A stretch of 40,967 nucleotides of DNA, from positions 1 through 40,967 of the IMG/VR virus record IMGVR_UViG_3300005805_000172; one strand, given 5' to 3'. Position numbers and translations under genes: made by a program. Shown piece by piece: positions 8,625 through 15,716 of this stretch (the first letter of the stretch is position 1; the number at the start of each line of letters is the position of its first letter). The notes below the pieces were generated by a model. The model was not told where the DNA came from, ran no database searches, and saw only the letters and a list, made by a program, of their open reading frames with translations. This DNA is from a virus (taxonomy: Duplodnaviria > Caudoviricetes).

Positions 8625-9695
8625 ATGGCCCTGACCCCCGCAATGCTTCGCCTCGACGCCCAGGGCGTCGCTTGTGGCCAGGGGCATATCCCCCGAGGGC
8701 GGAAGTGCCACAAAGGCGGCGCCTTCCCCACGGGCAAGGCCATGGTGGCTGGCCTCACCGTCGCTGCTGTGGGCGCTGGCGCGTACGCGCTCTCTCGCAG
8801 GGGGCGCGAGGCCGGCACCACCACCCCCGCATCGTCGGGGCCGCCACGTCTCCCCGGTCTGACTCCCCGAGCGCTCCTTTCCCCCGCGCCCCCACGCCAA
8901 TCCAAGACCCAGCGCATGCGCGCCAACACTGCTGGAGCAGTACGCAAAGCAGAGGGGCGCATAGCCCAGACCGCTCGCGAAGAAGTCCGCCGCGTTGCTC
9001 AGATCGGCAACACCATGGCTGCCGCCGGTGAAGCGGCGGGCATGGCTACCAAGACCACCCTGCGCGAGCTGCGTCTCCGCACCGAGGCCGCCCGCCGCCG
9101 CTTTGAGCCCGGCTACCGCGCGCCGGACCAACGCCGTCTTTCCGGTGGGGTCCAAGCCCAGCTCCCCCAGAGCAACCCGCAACCGGAAGCCATTCCCTTC
9201 GACCCACGCACTGGCCAACCGCGCCGGCGCAAAGCTCGCGGCTTCGGCCGAACCGACAACTACATCCAGCACTACGCCCCGGTCCAACTGCAACCCCCGA
9301 CCCGTCGTGATGCCTGCTGGGAGGGCTACGTCCAAGCCGGTATGAAGCGCAAGGGCAAGCGCGAAGTGCCCAACTGTGTCCCCGCTTCCTCCGGGCTCAG
9401 CAAGCCCCGAGCTCAGAAGGACACCGAGGACGGCAAGAAGTACTCGAAGACCGTCACCAACCCCGAAACCGGCCGCAAGAACACCGTCCGCTTCGGCGCC
9501 AAGGGCTACCGCATCGCCCCCGGCACCGACAAAGGCGACCGCTACTGCGCCCGCAGCTTCGGCGACATGAAATCCGAGGGCTACAACTGCGCCGGCGCTG
9601 AGCGCAACACGCCGCTCTGCCTCTCCCGCGCCAAGTGGAAATGCTCCGGCAAAACCAGCCGCCGCGACGCCTGTCTGACGCCGGGAAAGTCCTAG
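8625..9695 (+). CDS. Head-accessory polyprotein: Cys tag, TM helix, basic region and two small Cys-containing modules
   Basis: MALTPAMLRLDAQGVACGQGHIPRGRKCHK, TM AMVAGLTVAAVGAGAYAL, DACWEGYVQAGMKRKGKREVPNCVP, KKYSKTVTNPETGRKNTVRFG...YCARS...SRAKWKC. Confidence 0.75.
   Translation: MALTPAMLRLDAQGVACGQGHIPRGRKCHKGGAFPTGKAMVAGLTVAAVGAGAYALSRRGREAGTTTPASSGPPRLPGLTPRALLSPAPPRQSKTQRMRANTAGAVRKAEGRIAQTAREEVRRVAQIGNTMAAAGEAAGMATKTTLRELRLRTEAARRRFEPGYRAPDQRRLSGGVQAQLPQSNPQPEAIPFDPRTGQPRRRKARGFGRTDNYIQHYAPVQLQPPTRRDACWEGYVQAGMKRKGKREVPNCVPASSGLSKPRAQKDTEDGKKYSKTVTNPETGRKNTVRFGAKGYRIAPGTDKGDRYCARSFGDMKSEGYNCAGAERNTPLCLSRAKWKCSGKTSRRDACLTPGKS
9683..9689 (+). other. Putative programmed -1 ribosomal frameshift site G GGA AAG (head-accessory gene)
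   Basis: In-frame heptamer one codon before TAG 9693-9695. The -1 frame is open to 10333. Identical heptamer at the tail chaperone site. Confidence 0.75.
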
Positions 9696-10333
9696 CCCTA
9701 CCGCGAATCGACGCCCCCGAGGGCGGTCACGGAAAGCCCTGCGGCAAATCCCACATCCCCAAGGCGCATAAGTGCAGCAAAACGGGCTCGAAGCTTGGGC
9801 GCAATGTCGCGCTAGCTGCTGGCGCAGTCGGTATCGCTGCTATAGGCGCCGCGCTCTATGCAAAGCGCCCGAAGCTGTCCCGAGCAACACGTGAAGCGCT
9901 CAAGGCAAACGAAACTGTTTCCGCGCTTGACGTACTTAGCACCAACAAGAAAAAAGACATTGTTACCGCTAAGTTCAAAGCCGCCGACGAGTACATCAGC
10001 CTCAGCACAGCCATAGGGCGTGACATCGAGGTGCGCGCCGAAGGCCACGGGGATGACTACATCATTACATTCAGAGTCGATAAGAGCCTTACTCGCACCA
10101 CTCCGGCCACGGTGGCAGACACCAGGGCGATCCTCAACCGAGTACGCGAAATGATCACCGAGCAAGTGCCGCACCTACCTCGGGACGCACAGCTGTACGC
10201 AGAACCCGTATCAGCGGATGGAAGCGACCGAGCTCGTCGCGCCATCTATGAACGCTGGGGTTTCCGTGATGCCGGCGATGGTATCGGGCTCCGCATGCCC
10301 GTGTCCGAGTGGCGCGGCGCATCGACTACCTAA
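9686..10333 (+). CDS. Frameshift extension: Cys tag, TM helix and GNAT-like domain (fusion product ~569 aa)
   Basis: KVLALPRIDAPEGGHGKPCGKSHIPKAHKCSK, TM VALAAGAVGIAAIGAALYA, C-terminal RARRAIYERWGF. Upstream in-frame starts (9635/9641) lie inside the preceding gene. Confidence 0.7.
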   Translation, partial: KVLALPRIDAPEGGHGKPCGKSHIPKAHKCSKTGSKLGRNVALAAGAVGIAAIGAALYAKRPKLSRATREALKANETVSALDVLSTNKKKDIVTAKFKAADEYISLSTAIGRDIEVRAEGHGDDYIITFRVDKSLTRTTPATVADTRAILNRVREMITEQVPHLPRDAQLYAEPVSADGSDRARRAIYERWGFRDAGDGIGLRMPVSEWRGASTT

Positions 10334-10367
10334 CTCCGCAGACTGACCCCAGATCCCCCGAGCGCGC

Positions 10368-10547
10368 GTGCCATCCACCGAGGTGAAACCCCCGAAGCCC
10401 CCCGAGCACGCCTTCACCCGCCTCTGGTTCTGGAACAACGCCGGCGCTCAGACGCTCCTCTGCCCCGTCCACGAGGCCACCGAGATCAAGAACCGCTTGA
10501 TCGCCGAAGGTGCGGTGGTATGGCACACCGAGGTCTACAACGCTTAG
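10368..10547 (+). CDS. 59-aa hypothetical protein (below the ORF-track cutoff)
   Basis: GTG...TAG, MPSTEVKPPKPPEHAFTRLWFWNNAGAQTLLCPVHEATEIKNRLIAEGAVVWHTEVYNA. C-ending codons as in the structural genes; fills the gap. Confidence 0.65.
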   Translation: MPSTEVKPPKPPEHAFTRLWFWNNAGAQTLLCPVHEATEIKNRLIAEGAVVWHTEVYNA

Positions 10548-10759
10548 ATCCCCTGGATCAGATCCTGCAGCGAAATCCGATAAAGCTCGCTCAAAACGAA
10601 CAACTTTGAGAGGGGGATCTCAACTTCTCCCTGTTCCAGACGACTGTACGCCGCCTGACTCACACAAAGTGCTTCTGCAACCTGCATCTGTGTGAGCCCT
10701 GCGTGCTCCCTTAAGCCGCGAATACGACGGCACATCGCTAACTGCCTGTGGATCGCCAC
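10544..10759 (-). CDS. XRE/Cro-CI family helix-turn-helix transcriptional regulator
   Basis: RIRGLREHAGLTQMQVAEALCVSQAAYSRLEQGEVEI...LSELY is a typical HTH_3 pattern. Confidence 0.88.
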   Translation of the reverse strand: MAIHRQLAMCRRIRGLREHAGLTQMQVAEALCVSQAAYSRLEQGEVEIPLSKLFVLSELYRISLQDLIQGI

Positions 10760-10822
10760 CTACGCCTTATCCGCTAGCCGTTTAAGCCTACTCGTTACAC
10801 CAAAACCCCGTAATCTGGTCGC
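10760..10822. promoter_or_regulatory. Divergent promoter region (XRE gene versus protease/capsid operon)
   Basis: TAGGCT on the - strand at 10785-10790 and TAATCT on the + strand at 10811-10816. Confidence 0.5.
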
Positions 10823-12124
10823 GTGGAAACATCTTCTGCCTACCGCTTCGACTTCGCCCCCATCACAGGGAGCGAAACCACCGATGAGGGTTACCTCCGC
10901 GTCTGGTGTCGTGCGGCGCGCACGGGCACTCAGCTCTATCGGCGCGCAGATGGCTCGCAAGTCCGTGAGTACCGCCCTCCTGACGAGGTCGGCTCCCCGG
11001 ACTCGCTCTCCACGTTCGGCATGAAACCCGCAACGTGGGGCCACCCCCCGGTCCTTCTCGACTCGGCGAACACCAAGCAGTACCAGATCGGCTACTCCGG
11101 TAGCCAAGTCCGGTACAACGATGGCTTCGTCGAAGTCGCCCTCGTCGTCACCGACCAGGACGCCATCGAGAAGATCAAGCGCAAGGACGCCACCGAGGTG
11201 TCCGCTGGCTACAAGGTCGACTTCGACCCAACCCCCGGCATTACCCCCGAGGGCGAGGAGTACGCCGGCATCCAGCGCAACATCCGGGTCAACCACATCG
11301 CCATCGTTCCCCGAGGCCGGGCTGGCCCCGAGGTACGTCTGCTCCTCGATCGCATGGACGCGGCTGACGCCATCTCCAGCGATTGGGAGCTCGTCCGCGA
11401 AAGCGGACAGGCGCTCCAGCCCAGTTCACCTGCATCTCCCGTTATGGCCACCGTCAAACTCGACGGCCTGGAGATCGATCTGCCCGCAGAAGCAGCAACG
11501 GCGGTCCAGTCCTTCGCACGGGACATGGAGCGCCAATTCAAAGCTGTCTCCACCGAGCGCGACACCCTCGCCGCCCGCGTGGACTCCCTGCAGTCAGACC
11601 TCGACTCCATCGCCTACGAAAAGGAAGCCGCCGAAGGCCGCGCTGATGCTCTCGAAGAGCGCATCGCCGAGCTGGAATCCGGCTCCTCGCGCGTGGACAC
11701 TGCCGAGCTCGACGTTCTCGTCGCTCAGCGCCTCGCCACGCTCCAGCGTCTCGCCCCCGCCTTTGCCGAGGACTTCAAGTTCGACGGCATCGACGACGAC
11801 GCGCTCTACACCCAAGCCTTCGAGAACCTGACCGGTTCCGCCCCCCGCGAAGACGCCGCCCCCGCCTACATCCAAGGCGTGGTTGACGGCATCCTCGCTG
11901 CCCGCGCTGACTCCGATGAGGAAGAAGGCGAGGGCGAAGAGGAAGCCCCCGAGGGCGGCGAAGAAGGCGATTCCAAGGAAGACGCCGACGACGCTCGCGG
12001 CGACAGCACCGCCTCCCTGCGCGATGCCCTCCGCGGCGCCGGTCAGCCCCAAGCCAGCCCGGTCGAGAGCTACCGCTCCCGGCAGGCGGAAGCCTGGAAG
12101 CGTCCCCTCACCGCCACCAAGTAA
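10823..12124 (+). CDS. Prohead maturation protease/scaffold (DUF2213-type)
   Basis: TDEGYL...ARTGTQLY...EYRPPDEV..PDSLSTF...HP...EVSAGY...YAGIQRNIRVNHIAIVPRGRAGPEVRL, followed by a coiled-coil and acidic scaffold-like tail. Confidence 0.9.
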   Translation: METSSAYRFDFAPITGSETTDEGYLRVWCRAARTGTQLYRRADGSQVREYRPPDEVGSPDSLSTFGMKPATWGHPPVLLDSANTKQYQIGYSGSQVRYNDGFVEVALVVTDQDAIEKIKRKDATEVSAGYKVDFDPTPGITPEGEEYAGIQRNIRVNHIAIVPRGRAGPEVRLLLDRMDAADAISSDWELVRESGQALQPSSPASPVMATVKLDGLEIDLPAEAATAVQSFARDMERQFKAVSTERDTLAARVDSLQSDLDSIAYEKEAAEGRADALEERIAELESGSSRVDTAELDVLVAQRLATLQRLAPAFAEDFKFDGIDDDALYTQAFENLTGSAPREDAAPAYIQGVVDGILAARADSDEEEGEGEEEAPEGGEEGDSKEDADDARGDSTASLRDALRGAGQPQASPVESYRSRQAEAWKRPLTATK

Positions 12125-12136
12125 GGAGTTCCTTCC

Positions 12137-12745
12137 ATGGCCGTTACCTTCACCGCCACTACCGTCGCCAACCCCTCCGGCGTCCAGGGTTCCTACCCCC
12201 AGGCCCAAGTCAAAGGGCACGAGGGCATGATTGCCGACCTGCAGGCATACGTGTCTCGCAGCTTCCGCAACCAGTCCGGCGCCGCCATCCCTTACGGGGC
12301 ACTGGTGATGACCGACAACGCTCCCACCAGCAACGACGCACTGGCCGTCGAACTGGCAACCGGCACAACCCTGATTCAGGGCATTGCCGTGAGCTCGCTG
12401 ACCACCGAGGGCGCCACTCTCGGATCCTCTTACACCCCCGTTCCGACTCCTTACTACTCCGATGGCCGCATGGGCTATCCGGACAAGGAAACCGTGAACG
12501 TCGTCTCCAAGGGCGTTGTGTGGGTGTACTCCGTCGATGCAATCGCAATCGGCGACGCTGTCCGCTTCTACAAGGCTGACAACTCCGGCACCACCGCTGG
12601 CGCATTCCTCGGTCGCTTCGGCAAAACCGCCGCGGCTACCAAGACCGTTCTGGTCGCGGGCGCCCGTTGGGTCTCGGAAACCACTGCCGCGGGTCTGGTT
12701 CTCCTCGAACTGGACATCCCCGGTCAGACCTACACCGCCGACTGA
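12137..12745 (+). CDS. Capsid decoration/cement protein
   Basis: Lies between protease and major capsid. RBS AAGGAG. Motifs AIPYGALV, VNVVSKGVVWV, GARWVSET. Confidence 0.72.
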   Translation: MAVTFTATTVANPSGVQGSYPQAQVKGHEGMIADLQAYVSRSFRNQSGAAIPYGALVMTDNAPTSNDALAVELATGTTLIQGIAVSSLTTEGATLGSSYTPVPTPYYSDGRMGYPDKETVNVVSKGVVWVYSVDAIAIGDAVRFYKADNSGTTAGAFLGRFGKTAAATKTVLVAGARWVSETTAAGLVLLELDIPGQTYTAD

Positions 12746-12762
12746 TCTCGGAGCTTCCTCCC

Positions 12763-13680
12763 ATGACCACCGAAATCCGTAACGACGAGGTCGGCGTCTT
12801 TCTCGCCCGCGAGCTGGAAACCATCCTGGCCCGCACCTTTGAGGTCGAGTACGCCGACATCAAGTACAGCTCCCTGATCCCGATCTCCACCGAGGTCGGC
12901 CCGGGCGCTGACTCCTTCACCTACCGAGTCTTCGACAAGCAAGGCTCGATGAAGGTGATTGGCGACAAAGCCCAGGATCTGCCCCGCGCCGACGTCCTGC
13001 GCAAAGAGGTCACGCACCCCGTGCGCAGCCTCGGCGCTTCCTTCGCCTACACCATCCAGGAAACCCGTGCTGCCGCCATGGTGCCCGGCATGAACCTGGA
13101 GCAGCGCCGCGCCAACGCTGTGCGCCGCGCCTACGAGGAGAAGGTGCAAGAGATCGCCTTCTTCGGCGACGCCCCCTCGGGCATGAAGGGCTTCTTCAAC
13201 AACGACCAGATCGACAAGCTTGTCCCCGACAAGTGGTTCGACACCGCCGGTGTAACCACCGACGAGATGCTGGCCCTGCTGAACGAGGCCCCGACCCGCC
13301 TGGTGCAGAACTCCAACATGAAGGAGATGCCCCAGACGATGCTGGTGCCCTACAACGTGTACCGCATCATCTCCACCACCGCCCGTTCGACCACCTCGGA
13401 CACCACGGTGATGGAGTTCTTCCTGCGCACCAACCCGATGATCTCGGCCATCGAGCCGATCAACGAGCTGGAAGCCTCGAAGTCCGGCGGCGCCCTCTCC
13501 AAGGACCGGATCATGGTGTACGACCGCAGCCCCGACAAGCTGCAGCTGCACCTCCCCCAGCCCCTGGAGTTCCTGCCTCCCCTGCGTAACGCTCTGGAGT
13601 TCTCCGTGGCCGCCCACGCCCGTATCGGCGGTCTGGCCATGTACTACCCCAAGAGCGCCATGGTGCTCGAAAAGGCGTAA
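12763..13680 (+). CDS. Major capsid protein (DUF2184 / HK97 fold, linocin-like)
   Basis: FLARELETI, DLPRAD, AFFGDAPSGMKGFFNN, RIGGLAMYYP. RBS GGAG before ATG 12763. Strongly biased codon usage. Confidence 0.92.
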   Translation: MTTEIRNDEVGVFLARELETILARTFEVEYADIKYSSLIPISTEVGPGADSFTYRVFDKQGSMKVIGDKAQDLPRADVLRKEVTHPVRSLGASFAYTIQETRAAAMVPGMNLEQRRANAVRRAYEEKVQEIAFFGDAPSGMKGFFNNDQIDKLVPDKWFDTAGVTTDEMLALLNEAPTRLVQNSNMKEMPQTMLVPYNVYRIISTTARSTTSDTTVMEFFLRTNPMISAIEPINELEASKSGGALSKDRIMVYDRSPDKLQLHLPQPLEFLPPLRNALEFSVAAHARIGGLAMYYPKSAMVLEKA

Positions 13681-13737
13681 ATCTTTCGTCTTTTCCAACC
13701 CAGTCAGAATGGGTTTATTCCATCTCTTCACCTGATC

Positions 13738-14151
13738 ATGATCATCGTTTACCGCCCCGAACTCGAAAATCCTCCGATGGACAAGGAGTGCACCATCGGC
13801 TTCTCGTTCGTGGGCGGCGGCGGTCTGTCCGACCACATCCAGGTGCAGTCCGGGGTCACCCGCGACTTCCCCGAGGACGTGTGGGACAAGATCAAGGACT
13901 ACGACGTGGTCAAGAACCTCCTCAAGCTCGGTGCCTTGCGCATCGAAGCCGAGGAGTCGGCACCTGAGGCCCAAGCACCCGCGATCAAAGCTGATTCGAT
14001 TGCCGACATCGCCCTGACCGAGGCCCTGAGCCTCATCGAGGCGAGCTTCGACATCGACCAGCTGCGTCGCTGGGACGCCAAGGACGCCCGCATCCGGGTG
14101 AAGAACGCCATCGCCAAGCGGATTACCGCCATCACTGAAGGCCAAGGCTGA
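13738..14151 (+). CDS. Hypothetical post-capsid protein
   Basis: 137-aa ORF directly after the capsid gene and coupled to the next gene (TGATG). Confidence 0.65.
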   Translation: MIIVYRPELENPPMDKECTIGFSFVGGGGLSDHIQVQSGVTRDFPEDVWDKIKDYDVVKNLLKLGALRIEAEESAPEAQAPAIKADSIADIALTEALSLIEASFDIDQLRRWDAKDARIRVKNAIAKRITAITEGQG

Positions 14152-14459
14152 TGACTGCCCCCACGACTAACGCGTTTCTCCTCCGCTTCCCCGAATTCAG
14201 CGAGCAATCGCTCTCGGTGGTGGAAGGCGCGCTGGCCGAAGCCGGGCGCACCGCGCCCTCGGCTAACTGGGGAACCACTCACACCGAGGCCGTCAGCTAT
14301 CTGGCTGCCCACCTCTTGGCGACGCGCACCATGCAACTCGGCCTGCAGGTCGGAACGATGTCCGGCTCCCCTACCGGGAGCCTGCTCGAATCCAGCCTCT
14401 ACGGCCAGGAGTACAAGCGGCTGCTCTCCCAGCTGCCACTTAGTGGTTTCGCCCTCTAA
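14151..14459 (+). CDS. Head-tail adaptor (DUF4054-like)
   Basis: FLLRFPEF...YLAAHLLA...SSLYGQEYKRL. Confidence 0.8.
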   Translation: MTAPTTNAFLLRFPEFSEQSLSVVEGALAEAGRTAPSANWGTTHTEAVSYLAAHLLATRTMQLGLQVGTMSGSPTGSLLESSLYGQEYKRLLSQLPLSGFAL

Positions 14460-14461
14460 CC

Positions 14462-14860
14462 ATGGCGATCTCGGCCTCGACTGTTGCCGCCTACGCCCCC
14501 TGGGGTAACGCCCAGTTGGCATTCGATGTCAGCACCGGCTACGCCGCCACCGACCCGAACACCGGCAACACGATCCAAGCCACCGAGACCGTGGAGTATC
14601 TGGCTGCCCTCACCCTCCAGGCCCCTACCTGGAAGGGTGAAACGGGGGCCGACACCACGACCTACTCCTGCCGAGGCCGGCTGCTCAGTCCCTCCACCCT
14701 CGACCCGCGGATTACCAACGGCTCCCAAGCCGACTGCACGATCAACGGCTACCGAGGGCGTTTCGAGCTCGTCTTCGACTTGACCATGGACTCGGCGCAC
14801 CGCCGCGATCTGCGGCAACAGCTCGAAGGCATCTTTCGTGTCGTAGGGGGCCCGACCTGA
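14462..14860 (+). CDS. Putative head-closure/stopper protein
   Basis: Synteny after the adaptor; 132 aa, beta-rich composition. Confidence 0.5.
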   Translation: MAISASTVAAYAPWGNAQLAFDVSTGYAATDPNTGNTIQATETVEYLAALTLQAPTWKGETGADTTTYSCRGRLLSPSTLDPRITNGSQADCTINGYRGRFELVFDLTMDSAHRRDLRQQLEGIFRVVGGPT

Positions 14861-15234
14861 TGGCCCGCCCGCAACGCGAACTGAGCCGCCAGCTCGAAGT
14901 CGCCACGGCCAAGGCCGTGCGCCAACTCGGCACCTGGCTCGACACCCGCTTCACCGAAGAAATCTCCGCCGTGAAGTGGGAGTTCCCGACCCCTCCCAAG
15001 GTGCGGGACATCGTGGACACCGGCCGTCTGCGGGCCAGCCAGACACGCGTCGTTAACTCCGACGGCTCGATCACCTTCACCTGGCCCGTCGAATACGCCG
15101 GCCAAGTCCACGAGGGCGGGGTCTCCACAACCGGACTCCGCTTCCCTGGCCGTCCCTGGACCAAGGCCCCTCTTGAAGAGGCCCCCGCCAAGTTCGGCCA
15201 GCTGCTGCGAACCGCTATCGAGGAGCAGCAATGA
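14860..15234 (+). CDS. Neck/tail completion protein (HK97 gp10-like)
   Basis: RDIVDTGRLRAS...YAGQVHEG...PGRPW. Confidence 0.75.
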   Translation: MARPQRELSRQLEVATAKAVRQLGTWLDTRFTEEISAVKWEFPTPPKVRDIVDTGRLRASQTRVVNSDGSITFTWPVEYAGQVHEGGVSTTGLRFPGRPWTKAPLEEAPAKFGQLLRTAIEEQQ

Positions 15235-15704
15235 CGATCTCAACGGCCTACCCGCCCGTCACCGCCCTGCGCACGACGATCGAGCGCCACATCCTCGACC
15301 TCTACGAGGTCGACGGCACAACGCTCAAGGCATACACAGCCTGGCCGGGCTACTACAGCCTCCCGGACAACAGTCGCACTCCCGCGGTCTACGTCACCGG
15401 CGCCTCGATGGTTCCCTCCAACTGGGCCATCGCCGGCATCGAGTGCACGATCGACGACGTCCCCGAGATCGTCTGTCCTGGTTCCATTGGCGCCGTCGTC
15501 TCCTACGAGCGATGGAAGGTGCGCTTTACCAACTACGGAACCAAGGAAGGCACGCGCATGGCGACCTCCATGCTCGACATCAGTCGACGCCTAGCCCGCG
15601 CCTTCCCGCGGGACCGAACCGTGTACCTGCCGCGCACCGAGGTCACGTTCGAGACCCTGACGGTGTCCGTCCTCGGACCCGTGTTGAACCCCCCGATCCC
15701 CTAA
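15231..15704 (+). CDS. Putative tail terminator
   Basis: Synteny immediately before the major tail gene; ATGA overlap. Confidence 0.5.
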   Translation: MTISTAYPPVTALRTTIERHILDLYEVDGTTLKAYTAWPGYYSLPDNSRTPAVYVTGASMVPSNWAIAGIECTIDDVPEIVCPGSIGAVVSYERWKVRFTNYGTKEGTRMATSMLDISRRLARAFPRDRTVYLPRTEVTFETLTVSVLGPVLNPPIP

Positions 15705-15716
15705 GGAGTCACCACC

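Noticed and set aside
9635-9685. Independent start of the 232-aa ORF at GTG 9635 or ATG 9641
   Set aside because: Buried in the upstream gene with no RBS, and the N-terminal residues look off-frame. The slippery heptamer explains the ORF better, though independent initiation is not formally excluded.
12763-13680. Encapsulin/linocin nanocompartment
   Set aside because: Flanked by terminase, portal, protease and tail genes, so it is a phage capsid.
13697-13720. Terminator after the major capsid gene (AACCCA-gtcagaa-TGGGTT)
   Set aside because: Weak stem with a poor U-tract; it may instead overlap a promoter-like CAGAAT.
12730-14145. Long antisense ORFs (e.g. 12730-14145, 2622-3713, 8298-9335)
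   Set aside because: Shadow frames expected opposite GC-rich genes with strong codon bias; no recognisable motifs.
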